This document shows positions 8,050 to 18,505 of a DNA stretch of 64,000 nt, in pieces (the stretch's first letter is position 1; each line of letters opens with the position of its first letter). A model generated the notes under the pieces. That model was not told the origin of the DNA and ran no database searches. It saw only the letters and a list, made by a program, of their open reading frames with translations. The translations under genes and the position numbers were made by a program. The stretch is taken from NCBI GenBank assembly GCA_963759805.1, contig CAVXAT010000002.1:64001-128000 (forward strand), read 5' to 3'. Origin of the DNA: an uncultured bacterium (lineage in GTDB: Bacteria > Babelota > Babeliae > Babelales > RVW-14).

Positions 8050-10056
8050 TTAACTAACTCGCGTGCCGTTTTCGACAAAACCGCCAACTGTCAGCATTCT
8101 CATATTCCCAGATTCATCTTTAGCAAACAGCATCATCCCTTGCGACTCTTGACCAAGCATTTTGCGTGGCGCAAGATTGGCCACAAAGATACCCTGCTTG
8201 CCTGCCAAGTCTTCTGATTTGAACCACTGAGCAACGCCTGATAAAATTTGACGTATACCGTGTGGCCCGAGGTCAACTTCAAGTTTTAGCAACTTATCTG
8301 AGCCAGAAATCGGCTGGCAGGTTTTAACTGTACCAACAAGCAGTTGAACTTTGGCAAAATCAGTAATATTTATGATTTCGGTAAGTGACGCTTGAGTAAC
8401 TGCGTTACTTGCAGCAGCTTTGCTTGCAGCGTTTGTTTCAGGTTCTTTTATTCCAACTTTGGATTCTGTCTTTGAATCTTGCAAAACTTGCTCGACATGA
8501 GATTCAGGTCGCACAAAAAGTTGTTCAGATACTGCACGCAGATTAAATGTTTTATTCCACTTACTTTCACGCAGCTCTTGTTCATATTTATTTGCAATAT
8601 TAAAATCATGCCCGAGATGTTTGAGGAGCTCTTCCATTTTTTTAGGCATAACCGGCCAAAGCAAAATAGCAATTTCGTACATACTCTGACAGGCTGTGTA
8701 AATTACCTCTTCAAACAGTTCACGGTTCTGTTTTGCCAAAACCCATGGCTGCATTGTGTGAAAATAGGCATTTACATGTGCAACAAACTTCCACAACTCG
8801 GCAAGTGCAATGTGGGGATGAAGATTGTTCATCTCTTCCCAGTAAACTCTGAACGCCTCTTCGCTTTTTTCTTTAACTGCAGCAGAACGAGGCTCAAGAG
8901 TAGATGGAGCCCTGGATGTGTTCAAATTATTATTTAAAGCCAACGTTAAAGTCCTGCTCAATAAATTACCAACACCATTTGCAAGATCGGCTGTGATGTA
9001 ATTCTCTAGATCTTTCAAATCAAACTGTGAATCTTGGGCAACTGATATATGACGGGCTAAATAGTAACGAACCTGTTCAACGCCATACCAGGTTGCAAGA
9101 TTATCCGGATCAATAACATTGCCACGCGATTTAGACATTTTGTAATCGCCCATGAGAATATACCCATGAACGAGTAATTTTTTAGGTAACGGCAAATTTA
9201 GCGCCATTAAAAATGCAGGCCAGTAAACTGCGTGGAACCTCACGATATCTTTGGCCATTATCTGAATATCTGCAGGAGACCAGAATTTAAAATTCTCTTC
9301 TGCTTTTATACTGTTTTGGCCATAACCAATTGCACTGAGGTAATTAAGTAACGCATCGCCCCAAACGTAAACGGTGTGAGTTGGGTCTCCGGGAAATGGG
9401 ATTCCCCACGTGACATTTTTTCTAGATATACTTAAATCTTTAAGTCCTGATTTTACAAACGAGATAACTTCCTGAAGTCTCTCTTTTGGAGTAATAAAAT
9501 TTGGATTTTCTTCATAAAATTTTAGAAGCTGATCTTGATACGCAGAGAGCCTGAAGAAGTAGCTTTCTTCGGAAACTTCTTTTAACTCGCGCAAACAATT
9601 TGGGCAGACGTTTTTGCCACTTGCGTCCTTTGGAGTTTCAGTATTAATTGTCACAAATGTTTCGCACGGCACGCAGTACATGCCGGTGTAAGATGATTTG
9701 TAAATATCGCCCTGCTCTTGTAATTTTTCGATAAAATATTTTACAGCTTTTTTATGCTCTTCGTCGGTGGTGCGAATAAATTTGTCGTACTCTATCTCAT
9801 AATCTGCCCAGGTTTTTTTGAACTCAGGCACAACAGAATCTACAAACTGCTTTGGTTGTAAGCCGGCTTTATCTGCAGCTTCCTGCAGTTTTTGACCATG
9901 CTCATCTGTTCCTGTTAGAAAGAGAACATTCTTGCCCATAATTTTATTCCACCGGGCAAAAATGTCTGCAAGTAAAGTTGTATAAAGAGTCCCGAGATGC
10001 GGTTTTGAATTTACGTAATAAATTGGCGTTGTGACATAAAATTTATTTCTGTTCAT
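8050..10056 (-). CDS. metG: Methionyl-tRNA synthetase with C-terminal tRNA-binding domain
   Basis: YVTTPIYYVN..PHLG, TGTDEHGQK, Zn-knuckle CxxC pairs, KMSKS and a C-terminal NLAPRKMLGQESQGM OB domain. Confidence 0.97.
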   Translation of the reverse strand: MNRNKFYVTTPIYYVNSKPHLGTLYTTLLADIFARWNKIMGKNVLFLTGTDEHGQKLQEAADKAGLQPKQFVDSVVPEFKKTWADYEIEYDKFIRTTDEEHKKAVKYFIEKLQEQGDIYKSSYTGMYCVPCETFVTINTETPKDASGKNVCPNCLRELKEVSEESYFFRLSAYQDQLLKFYEENPNFITPKERLQEVISFVKSGLKDLSISRKNVTWGIPFPGDPTHTVYVWGDALLNYLSAIGYGQNSIKAEENFKFWSPADIQIMAKDIVRFHAVYWPAFLMALNLPLPKKLLVHGYILMGDYKMSKSRGNVIDPDNLATWYGVEQVRYYLARHISVAQDSQFDLKDLENYITADLANGVGNLLSRTLTLALNNNLNTSRAPSTLEPRSAAVKEKSEEAFRVYWEEMNNLHPHIALAELWKFVAHVNAYFHTMQPWVLAKQNRELFEEVIYTACQSMYEIAILLWPVMPKKMEELLKHLGHDFNIANKYEQELRESKWNKTFNLRAVSEQLFVRPESHVEQVLQDSKTESKVGIKEPETNAASKAAASNAVTQASLTEIINITDFAKVQLLVGTVKTCQPISGSDKLLKLEVDLGPHGIRQILSGVAQWFKSEDLAGKQGIFVANLAPRKMLGQESQGMMLFAKDESGNMRMLTVGGFVENGTRVS

Positions 10057-11299
10057 TGTTGCTCTCGATAACTATGTTGCTCTCGGTAATCATTCTTCCA
10101 TTATGCTTCCACAATGGTCTGAAAAAACGATCCAAGCGAATTGATTTTGTCCAGAATGTTATTGGATGTTTTATCAACTCAAATAACCAAAAAGCCTCTT
10201 CGCTATCAATAGAATAAATTATAAAACTTGCTCGACCATGGACACGTTCTTTGTCCAAGAAATGCCACCATCTACTATCGCGGCTATTTTTGCGACTATC
10301 TCCCATCATCCAGTACTTCCCTTCAGGAACGGTAAGCGGACCAAACACATCAACGCAGAAAAATGTTCTTGCAGAATAATCAAATCCATATGTTGGGGAG
10401 TATGGCTGTGCGAAAATAGGTTTGCCTGTCTCAGAGTTCATAACAACTTCATCCGGATTTAAACGGTAAAATGGCTGTTCATCAAGGGATTTTGATGTAT
10501 CGAAAGTATACATATAATCATCACGATAAGAAAAACGTAAAAACTCCGGAATAACAAACGGCCCAAATGAATCCAGAGGAATAAGGCCTTTAGGTTTTCG
10601 GCATCTAATCAATGGATATGGATTTACGTACGGCTCATCAAGCTTCTTGCCATTGAGATAAATAACAGGTTTTCCATCCTCAAGTTTACCCTCAATGACA
10701 TCTCCCGGAACGGCTATCACACGCTTGACCCAGTTATCAGGCCCGCCGCTTAAACCTAACAATGGTATGGGAAAACCTATATATCTCTGCCACCAGTATT
10801 TAATAATATTACTTCTATCATATTTAACTTCAGGATTATCAAAAATGACCAGATCTCCACGTTGTGGTTGCGCAAAATAATAAGCCATTTTGTTACCCCA
10901 AATTCTGTCACCAACCAAAATATTTGGCTCAGCAGAACCTGTTGGAACATGATAAAGACCGAATACAAAATTTCTCAAAACAATAGCCAAAACAACGGCA
11001 ATTACAATTGCCTCTACCCACTGTTGCAAAACAGGTTTGGTTATATCATTTAATTTTTTATAAATAGCTTTAAAATCTTTTAATTTGGATTTTAGAATTT
11101 TCTTATCTGCGCCCGGAGTCAAAGCTTCTTGCAATAACGTAGCTGCATAATTTTCGGCTTTTTTGAAAAGCTCCATTGCATTTGCATAATCACTGGTGTA
11201 TTTTTTCTGTCCCCACCTATCTATCACATTTTTGAATTTATCACGCTTTTGCTTATATTTTTCTAGGATGCTCTGAATTTTTATTTTAAGTTTTTCCAT
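10043..11299 (-). CDS. lepB: Signal peptidase I with an N-terminal extension
   Basis: VPTGSAEPNILVGD (Ser box), WVKRVIAVPGD (Lys box) and MMGDSRKNSRDSR. Confidence 0.92.
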   Translation of the reverse strand: MEKLKIKIQSILEKYKQKRDKFKNVIDRWGQKKYTSDYANAMELFKKAENYAATLLQEALTPGADKKILKSKLKDFKAIYKKLNDITKPVLQQWVEAIVIAVVLAIVLRNFVFGLYHVPTGSAEPNILVGDRIWGNKMAYYFAQPQRGDLVIFDNPEVKYDRSNIIKYWWQRYIGFPIPLLGLSGGPDNWVKRVIAVPGDVIEGKLEDGKPVIYLNGKKLDEPYVNPYPLIRCRKPKGLIPLDSFGPFVIPEFLRFSYRDDYMYTFDTSKSLDEQPFYRLNPDEVVMNSETGKPIFAQPYSPTYGFDYSARTFFCVDVFGPLTVPEGKYWMMGDSRKNSRDSRWWHFLDKERVHGRASFIIYSIDSEEAFWLFELIKHPITFWTKSIRLDRFFRPLWKHNGRMITESNIVIESNNEQK

Positions 11300-11341
11300 A
11301 TTAGTACCTAACTTTTACTAAGTTTTTCAAAATTCCTACCC

Positions 11342-12475
11342 TCAGGAAAACCTCACGCCCAACCAGATAGAGTCTACTCTATCAAGAGAAATTTCATTGT
11401 TTATTAAGTGAAGTTTATCAAACATCTCATCTTTAGGGAAAAAATTAGAATTTTCCGGTTTTTTTTCGTCAATTGCAGATGCATTGCTTGCATTAGTTCC
11501 ATACAAGCTTGCGTGGAATAACTCTATTTTTTTCGAAATCAAAAAATCTATAAATTTATGCACCATATCGGATTTTTGAGTTTTTGCCGGTATAGCAATA
11601 TTTTCAATTACCATTATGCTACCATCTTTTGGAATTTGAAAAACAAATTGATCACTAATTTCCAGCAATTTTCTCATTCTATGGCTTGAAATTAAAGCAA
11701 CCGATGCAAGCCCACCGGTAAGACAGTAAGGTGTACCAACATCAGTGTAACTTTCTACCCAGTTTTTCTGCTTACTTAACAAGTCTTGAATCTCATTCAA
11801 TTCGGTATCTGTCAGATTTTTGGTTCGCCCGTAAAGATATATCGCAGCCAAATAAACCATATCCCGCGGATCTTGAGCCATACAAATACGGTAATGTTTT
11901 TTAACTACGTCGGCAATTACAAGATCCCAAGGATCCTTAAAAAGCATATTCAAACCGGCTTGTTTAAAATTTTCACCCACAAGATCTTTATCATAAGCAA
12001 TTCCATAAACAAGCCAACAGATTGGAACAGAGTATTTATTCTCAGGATCAAAATACTTACCCAACAAGCGCGAATCAAGTTCTTTAAAGTTTGACAATTT
12101 AGAGTGATCAATCTCTTGTAACATTCCGTCTTTTCGCATCAGCTCAACCATGTAATCAGACGGTGTAATTAGATCGTACCCCTCCCCCTTATTTATCTTA
12201 AATTTGGCATAAAGCTCCTCATCAAACTCAAAGTACTGAATTCTGACTTTAATGCCGGTATCATGCTCAAACTCCTTAATCGCTTCAGGGGAGATAAATT
12301 CGGTAAATGAGTATACGTTAATAGATTTTCCATCCGCAAAGTATTCAAAAATCCGAGGCGAATACAGTAAACATGCGATTATCGCAAGATAAATGAAAGC
12401 AATAACAATCTTGCGATGCCAATTATCATAAAAATTGTCACAAAATTTTTTAAAAGAGCTAAAAAAATTATTCAT
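11342..12475 (-). CDS. potD: Spermidine/putrescine ABC transporter substrate-binding protein
   Basis: GYDLITPSDYMV and DPENKYSVP motifs; last gene of a potABC cluster. Confidence 0.85.
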   Translation of the reverse strand: MNNFFSSFKKFCDNFYDNWHRKIVIAFIYLAIIACLLYSPRIFEYFADGKSINVYSFTEFISPEAIKEFEHDTGIKVRIQYFEFDEELYAKFKINKGEGYDLITPSDYMVELMRKDGMLQEIDHSKLSNFKELDSRLLGKYFDPENKYSVPICWLVYGIAYDKDLVGENFKQAGLNMLFKDPWDLVIADVVKKHYRICMAQDPRDMVYLAAIYLYGRTKNLTDTELNEIQDLLSKQKNWVESYTDVGTPYCLTGGLASVALISSHRMRKLLEISDQFVFQIPKDGSIMVIENIAIPAKTQKSDMVHKFIDFLISKKIELFHASLYGTNASNASAIDEKKPENSNFFPKDEMFDKLHLINNEISLDRVDSIWLGVRFS

Positions 12476-13265
12476 TTGAGACTACCAAATCAAGAACTTT
12501 TAAATAAGATAAGATTAGTATTAACAAACTACTTAAGGCCAAAAATATTGCTGAGACGGCGTTAATTGTAGGATCAACTCCCCCCTTGATCATTGAATAA
12601 ACATAAACTGAAAGTGTTTGGATTTTAGGACCCGAGCAGAAAAATGCTATCATAAAATCATCCAGAGATAATGTAAAAACCAGCAGGCTAGATGCTACAA
12701 TTGACGGCATTAAAAGCGGCAGCAGCACCTTTCTAAATGTTTGGCCATAGGTTGCACCAAGATCCAGCGATGCCTCTGTTAATATCGGATCAAGCTCCAC
12801 AAATCTTGCTCTGACAACCGGAATTACAAAGCCAAGTCCAATAATAGTGTGTCCGGTAATAAGACTCAAATATCCAAGCGGAATTTGAAAAAATGTAAAT
12901 ATACTTAAAATACCAATTGCCATCACAATTTCAGGCAGCAAAATATTCCCATAAAAAATCCACGAAATGTAATCTGATTTTTTCCACACACTTGCAACAA
13001 CAAATAACGTCCCTATGATAACACTGAGCAGTGTGGCAAAAAATGCAACAAGCAGAGAAACCGTAAGCGCATCCAAAATTTCAGGAGTTTGGAAAAGCTT
13101 TTGATACCAATGCAACGAAAAACCTTCCCATCGCACAGAAATTCTGCTTTTGTTAAAAGAAAAAAGCACCATAACTATGATAGGTAGATACAAAAAAAGA
13201 TAGATCATGCCGACAAAAACCGGCTGCAATAATTTTGAAAATCTATTCTTACCTTCGTTTATCAT
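12468..13265 (-). CDS. potC: Polyamine ABC transporter permease
   Basis: YLPIIVMVLFSFN, EASLDLGA (EAA loop) and FTLSLDDF. Confidence 0.88.
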   Translation of the reverse strand: MINEGKNRFSKLLQPVFVGMIYLFLYLPIIVMVLFSFNKSRISVRWEGFSLHWYQKLFQTPEILDALTVSLLVAFFATLLSVIIGTLFVVASVWKKSDYISWIFYGNILLPEIVMAIGILSIFTFFQIPLGYLSLITGHTIIGLGFVIPVVRARFVELDPILTEASLDLGATYGQTFRKVLLPLLMPSIVASSLLVFTLSLDDFMIAFFCSGPKIQTLSVYVYSMIKGGVDPTINAVSAIFLALSSLLILILSYLKVLDLVVSNE

Positions 13266-13273
13266 TTAACTTC

Positions 13274-14146
13274 CTAGTTTACACGACGCAAACGTTTTAA
13301 AAGTTTTCCAATCACCATGCTACCTAAAATAATCAGGACAGAAAGCATAATTCCGGTAATGGCCAGAGCAGATCCAAACGACCAATCGCGAGCTCTTAAA
13401 AATTTATCAACAATCAAACTACCCCAAACTACATAAGTTGAGCCACCAAGTAGCGATGGAATGGCAAACTCCCCAAAAACTGGGACGAAGACCAATAAAA
13501 ATCCGGTGTAAACTCCCGGTAAAGAGAGCGGGAAGATAATTCGTTTAAATGTTTCAAACTTATTTGCACCCAAATCAGCAGATGCTTCAAGCAGGCGCGG
13601 GTCCATTTTGTCCAAAAGCACATAAATCGGTAAAATCATAAATGGCAAAAAACACGAAACCAATCCAACCATAATTGAAAAATAATTATTAAGAAGATGC
13701 ATTGATTTTGGAACAAGTCCAATCCAGTGTAATGTCCTACTGACAAGTCCATCCTTTTCAAGGAGAAAAAACCAGGCATAAATTTGAACAACCAGACTAG
13801 TCCATGATGGCAAAATTAACGAAAAGAGTAGAAAAGTTCTAAACCGCTTTTTAACCTTTATTGCAAGAAAATAGGCAACAGGATAGGCTATTATAAAACA
13901 TATAAAAGTAGCAGTGAATGCAAGCTTTAACGAATTAAGTATAACTTTAAAATAGAGAGAATTAAAGACCTGCCCATAATAATGCAACGTAAAAAACCAA
14001 ACATTTGTTTGGGCTGAAATTTCAAAAAAACTGTACAAAGCAAGAACAAGTAATGGAAGATACAAAAATATGCACTCCCACAGTAGCGCAGGACAAGAAA
14101 AAATAAAGGCAATCTCTTCAGAAAAAATTTTACGTAATGTCTTCAT
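13274..14146 (-). CDS. potB: Polyamine ABC transporter permease
   Basis: LPFMILPIY...LLEASADLGA and GEFAIPSLLGG. Confidence 0.88.
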   Translation of the reverse strand: MKTLRKIFSEEIAFIFSCPALLWECIFLYLPLLVLALYSFFEISAQTNVWFFTLHYYGQVFNSLYFKVILNSLKLAFTATFICFIIAYPVAYFLAIKVKKRFRTFLLFSLILPSWTSLVVQIYAWFFLLEKDGLVSRTLHWIGLVPKSMHLLNNYFSIMVGLVSCFLPFMILPIYVLLDKMDPRLLEASADLGANKFETFKRIIFPLSLPGVYTGFLLVFVPVFGEFAIPSLLGGSTYVVWGSLIVDKFLRARDWSFGSALAITGIMLSVLIILGSMVIGKLLKRLRRVN

Positions 14147-15240
14147 TAACTCTCCAATAACACTATGTTCTCTTTTTGGAAATATAAATGGACATTATCA
14201 TCGTAATCAATACTCTCTTGAGGAAAATGTTCTTCATTCTGCTCAAAAACCATCAATCTCAAGCCATTTTTTAATTTAACGTTGTACTGCGTAGTACGAC
14301 CGTAATAAATTATATCAACGACAGTTCCCTGTAAGTGATTTGAAAATTCAGAGCGCTCTTTTTTGCTTATAAAAATTTTTTCAGGACGAATGCTCATGAA
14401 AACGTTGCTCGAGGAGTTAATAAAAGATTTTTCAGGCGTTAAATAAACACTGAAAAGCCCTAGACCGTCAACCTCAACAAACTGTCCAGCCTCGGACTGC
14501 TCAAGCTTGCCTTCAATTATGTTTGTGTTTCCCACAAAATTTGCAACAAAACGTGATGCCGGAAATTCATAAATTTGCTTTGGCGTACCAACCTGCTCAA
14601 TACCCCCATTCATGTTCATAATCGCCATTTTATCCGCAACAGTCAATGCTTCGAACTGATCATGCGTTACGTAAACAAATGTGGTTTTGAGTTTATCTTG
14701 TAAGTCAATTAACTCAAGTAACATCTCTTCTTTAAGTTTTAGATCAAGAGCAGCAAGCGGCTCATCCAAAAGCAGCACTGCAGGACGGTTAACAATTGCT
14801 CGCGCAAGAGCAACACGCTGTTGCTGTCCTCCGGAAAGACTTCGTGGATATTTACCCTCGTGACCAAAAAGTCTAACCATTTTTAAGACTTCATAAGCTC
14901 TCTCTTTAACTTCATCATTTTTTATGCCTTTGACCCGCATACTGTAAGCAACATTTTCAAAGACCGTTAAATGAGGGAAAAGGGCATACTGCTGAAACAC
15001 GGTGTTTATACTGCGCGTGTAAATCGGCTGATATGTTACCTCCTGATCACCAAGAAAAATTTTTCCGGAGTCAACAGTATCTAAACCCGCAAGTATACGT
15101 AATACAGTTGTTTTACCACACCCGCTTGGCCCAAGTAACGCAAAAAACCGTCCCGCAGGAATTTCTAAATTCAAGCGATCTAAAATTAATTCACCGTCAA
15201 ACGATTTTGAAACATTTTCAAATCTAATACTTCTCATCAA
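14146..15240 (-). CDS. potA: Polyamine ABC transporter ATP-binding subunit
   Basis: GPSGCGKT, LSGGQQQR, LLLDEP and a C-terminal TOBE-like region. Confidence 0.9.
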   Translation of the reverse strand: MMRSIRFENVSKSFDGELILDRLNLEIPAGRFFALLGPSGCGKTTVLRILAGLDTVDSGKIFLGDQEVTYQPIYTRSINTVFQQYALFPHLTVFENVAYSMRVKGIKNDEVKERAYEVLKMVRLFGHEGKYPRSLSGGQQQRVALARAIVNRPAVLLLDEPLAALDLKLKEEMLLELIDLQDKLKTTFVYVTHDQFEALTVADKMAIMNMNGGIEQVGTPKQIYEFPASRFVANFVGNTNIIEGKLEQSEAGQFVEVDGLGLFSVYLTPEKSFINSSSNVFMSIRPEKIFISKKERSEFSNHLQGTVVDIIYYGRTTQYNVKLKNGLRLMVFEQNEEHFPQESIDYDDNVHLYFQKENIVLLES

Positions 15241-15968
15241 CCATCCCTTTTGTTCTTCCTGTTACCAAAACGAGCAAAAAATACCGGAACAACAATATCA
15301 GACATGATACATGGAATAAGTACAGCAAAAACTAGATATAAAAATACAAACCCCATTTTTTTCCACCAATCATTAAAACCAAAGCTGATCAGATATAGCA
15401 ATCCGGCCATTGAGCTAACAAAAATATGGGCAAAATGAAATCCAAGCGAATAAAACATCTGTTTACTGTGCGCATGCGCACTCATCACCCAGCCATTAAC
15501 AACGCCTCCGATAAGAAATGGGAAGACCGTATCAATATGCCTTATAAAACACCAATGAAAATGCATATCCAATCCTAATATTTTGCCGCCAATGTAGGGA
15601 AGGAATGCATCAGAAATCGTACAAAAAACAGCAGGAACGGTAAAACCAACTAACACGCTTGCAAGAAAATTATTCGAATACCGCCTGAACATCAAAATTG
15701 TACCGCTAGCAGCAAAAAGTATGTGCAGAAAATGGAAGTTGTGAAAAAGTCGGTAGGCAACTTCCTCAACAACTTCAACTTTTGGATATGAGATAAAACT
15801 CGTGACCACCATCGCCATAGCAACAGAAAAAATTGCATATGGAAAATGACAGAATATCTCATCTTTTAAAGAATGATGATGTACGAAAATTTTCTCATTT
15901 TTATTTGCATCTAAATTGTCATGTAAATGATCATGATTGCAACATGAATCGCCCATCTTTTTACACAT
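15237..15968 (-). CDS. His-rich multi-pass membrane protein of unknown function, possibly metal-related
   Basis: N-terminal CCNHDHLH/HHHS, about 6 hydrophobic segments with intramembrane His (FHNFHFLH, FHFAH); 4-bp overlap with potA. Confidence 0.65.
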   Translation of the reverse strand: MCKKMGDSCCNHDHLHDNLDANKNEKIFVHHHSLKDEIFCHFPYAIFSVAMAMVVTSFISYPKVEVVEEVAYRLFHNFHFLHILFAASGTILMFRRYSNNFLASVLVGFTVPAVFCTISDAFLPYIGGKILGLDMHFHWCFIRHIDTVFPFLIGGVVNGWVMSAHAHSKQMFYSLGFHFAHIFVSSMAGLLYLISFGFNDWWKKMGFVFLYLVFAVLIPCIMSDIVVPVFFARFGNRKNKRDG

Positions 15969-16263
15969 CCCTTTTAAATTAAAACATTAATTTTATTAAA
16001 CATCAAACTGTTCGGCTTCCTACACTACACACAACTGTGGTAGAAATTGTCAATATAATTATTTACTGAGTAAAGTAAAGAAAGATTTTAAACCCAAAAA
16101 CTAAGTCCCAAACTAAGTTAAAAATCAAGTCCAAAACCAAGTCTCTGTACAACCCCACTTTAAGTCCCCAAATACAAGCTAATTATAAATTTATTATAAA
16201 GTCGATTAAGTATTTAGCAAACGGTATTTGGACCTGAATTAAACGATTTTTAGCAAGCACCTC

Positions 16264-17430
16264 TTAGATCATCCATGCAGGCAAGAAAAGTATACGATTT
16301 TCTTGATCGAATGAAAGAGGCCCCATGTAGCAAAAAACCCCAATAGGAGCTTCTGGAACAGCTGTCATGAAACCTTTGAGGTTATTGAACTTTTTGATTT
16401 CAATCTGAGAAGCATATGTTATTTTGAACGGAATGACTTGCCTTCCGAGTGTGACAACAAAATCAACTTCAGCCCCACCGGCAGTTCGCCAGAAATAGAT
16501 TTGACGATTTTCAGATTGTGTGTCAAGCCACGCTTGAATCTCATTAAGAAACCAGTTTTCAAATCTATGACCTATCAGGCTGGTGTTTTTTAAAATAGCA
16601 AAGTCATGGATACCGGTCAGATAGCTAATCAAGCCATTATTGATTAAATAACCCTTTGGAGATTTCACCAGTCGTTTAATAGAGCTTTTGATGTAAGGGA
16701 ACAGCTCGGTGTACTGCAGCGTAGCTAGTAAGTAATCTCGATACTTCAAGAGTGTACCTCTTGAACAGTGCAATGCATCTATAATTTTTTTGTCATCTCT
16801 AACTGATCCGGTAACTTCGGCACAAATTTTCATCAGATTCTGATACATGTGCAAATCTCCGATTGAATCAATTGCTCGAATATCCTTTTCCAGATAAGTT
16901 TGAAGATAATCACCCAGATATTTTAAACGAGATACCTCCGAGTCGGCTTCTATGACTTCTGGAAGCCCACCCCAGATAAGATGGTTTTGTAAAGATTCTT
17001 GCAAGATGTTTTGAAAAGGACGAACATTCTCAACAATTTCTTCCAGTACCTGCATATCTTTGGCATTAAAAATTATATCAAAAACGTTCTGAGAAGGCAG
17101 TGAAACGTTCTGATGCAGCAAAAGTGTCATTTCTCTAAGGTTAAATTCTCGCAGGCTCAAAAGCTCTACCCTACCAGCCAAGGACTCTGCTGTCAGTTTA
17201 TGCAAATTGAGATGTGCTGAGCCGGTAAGAATAAATTTGATATGATCTTTCCCCTTATGAGCATCGTATACAATCTTTATTTGATCGAACAACTGAGGAC
17301 ATTTCTGCGCTTCATCAATAAAAACCCACAGTTTTTTTGCCCACCGATCTTTTGCAATGCGGCTTGTTCAATCATAAGCTCAAGTTCTTCGGCTGCAACT
17401 CTGTTTCTAAAGCCCCGTATACCACATTGA
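16264..17430 (-). pseudogene. AAA+ ATPase with DUF4143 domain, 5'-truncated and frameshifted
   Basis: ILTGS, SLAGR, GGLPE, KSPKGY and FWRTAGGAEVDF motifs. The Walker B (VFIDEAQ) lies in frame upstream of 17292, there is a frameshift at the A7 run near 17335, and no Walker A is present. Confidence 0.7.
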
Positions 17431-17455
17431 TTTTTTGTAGCTTTCGAGCTACAAT
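17427..17455 (+). promoter_or_regulatory. Sigma70-like promoter with an overlapping palindromic operator
   Basis: TTGATT (17427-17432), 17-nt spacer, TACAAT (17450-17455); perfect inverted repeat TTGTAGCT-ttcg-AGCTACAA at 17435-17454. Confidence 0.7.
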
Positions 17456-17515
17456 CAAATTATGAATTATATAACGATCGAAACCTATACCACATCTTCC
17501 GGCAGGGATAAGACC

Positions 17516-17824
17516 ATGAAAAAACGACCAACAACAAGTTATCAAGAAGATTTAATCAAAGAATTGCAAAATCCAACCGAAGCAATAGCCTATTTAAATG
17601 CAGCACTCATGGATGAAGATGCACGCATCTTTTTGGTGGCACTCAAAAATGTTCTTGAGGCTCAGGGGCTTGGTGTGGCTGATGTTGCAACAGCTACAAA
17701 TCTCAACCGCGAAAACCTCTATCGCATGCTTTCAAAAAGGGGTAATCCAAAATTAACAAGCATAATTCCCGTACTGCATTCCCTTGGTTTTAATTTGGCA
17801 ATTCAGCCATATCGTCACAAATAA
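17516..17824 (+). CDS. Addiction-module antidote protein (HTH antitoxin)
   Basis: EAIAYLNAAL...LVALKNV..AQG...VA..TNLNRENLYRMLSKRGNPKL is typical of addiction-module antidote proteins; an in-frame upstream ATG lies at 17462. Confidence 0.85.
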   Translation: MKKRPTTSYQEDLIKELQNPTEAIAYLNAALMDEDARIFLVALKNVLEAQGLGVADVATATNLNRENLYRMLSKRGNPKLTSIIPVLHSLGFNLAIQPYRHK

Positions 17825-17874
17825 TCCAATATCCACAAACATTGCATTTTCGCAGGCCACCAGCATCTTTTGCT

Positions 17875-18330
17875 CTAATAATTTAGGATTTTTTGAATTA
17901 CGAACCAATTAGGATTTTTTGAGTCTATATATCTTGCCCCTGCCGCTCTGAGTACAGCTAAGGCTTCCGTATGACCACTAGCATTATAAAACGGGCTATG
18001 GCCCTCATTATTAATAGCATTAACATCCGCTCCTGCTGCAATGAGTATTCTTATGCACTCTGCGTAGCCATATCTAGCAACCGCATGCAACACTGTCTCC
18101 CCATTTTCATCAGTCACATTGACAATATCTGGTCGCTGGGCAATTTGATTTCTGACAAAATCTAAATCGCCACGTCTTGCAGCTTCAATAAAGGCTTGAT
18201 GTGGACTAATTAGGCAACGTTTACGAAGTCCAGACGGAGTTGTAATAACTGGATTCTCCATTCCAAATGCCACAGAACCTGTAGCACCTGCTATCAATAT
18301 TGATAATATTGTTTTCTTGAATATTTTCAT
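17875..18330 (-). CDS. Ankyrin repeat protein with a signal peptide
   Basis: GETVLHAVARYGYAECIRILIAAGADVN ankyrin consensus; signal-like N-terminus. Confidence 0.88.
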   Translation of the reverse strand: MKIFKKTILSILIAGATGSVAFGMENPVITTPSGLRKRCLISPHQAFIEAARRGDLDFVRNQIAQRPDIVNVTDENGETVLHAVARYGYAECIRILIAAGADVNAINNEGHSPFYNASGHTEALAVLRAAGARYIDSKNPNWFVIQKILNY

Positions 18331-18436
18331 AAAATAAACCTTTCGTACAACTGTTAATCTAATCTAAAATATAAAAATGTGTTGGATAGTCTAGTTAGAC
18401 AAATTATATTTAGCAACCATATTTTGGTGATATCAT

Positions 18437-18468
18437 AAAAAAGCCCCAGCAATTTTACATGCCGGAGC
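18437..18468 (-). terminator. Probable Rho-independent terminator
   Basis: Minus strand GCTCCGGCA-loop-TGCTGGGGC followed by T6, just downstream of 18506..19225. Confidence 0.5.
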
Positions 18469-18505
18469 CTACAATTTCGATTGGTTTGATTAGCCTAGAA
18501 TATTT

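Noticed and set aside
9980..10005. MetG HIGH motif reads HLGT
   Set aside because: Variation at the last HIGH position occurs in functional class I synthetases, and the rest of the gene is intact.
16098..16180. Degenerate 12-bp periodic repeats (AAACTAAGTCCC-like, four units)
   Set aside because: Too degenerate and low-complexity to assign as iterons or operators from sequence alone.
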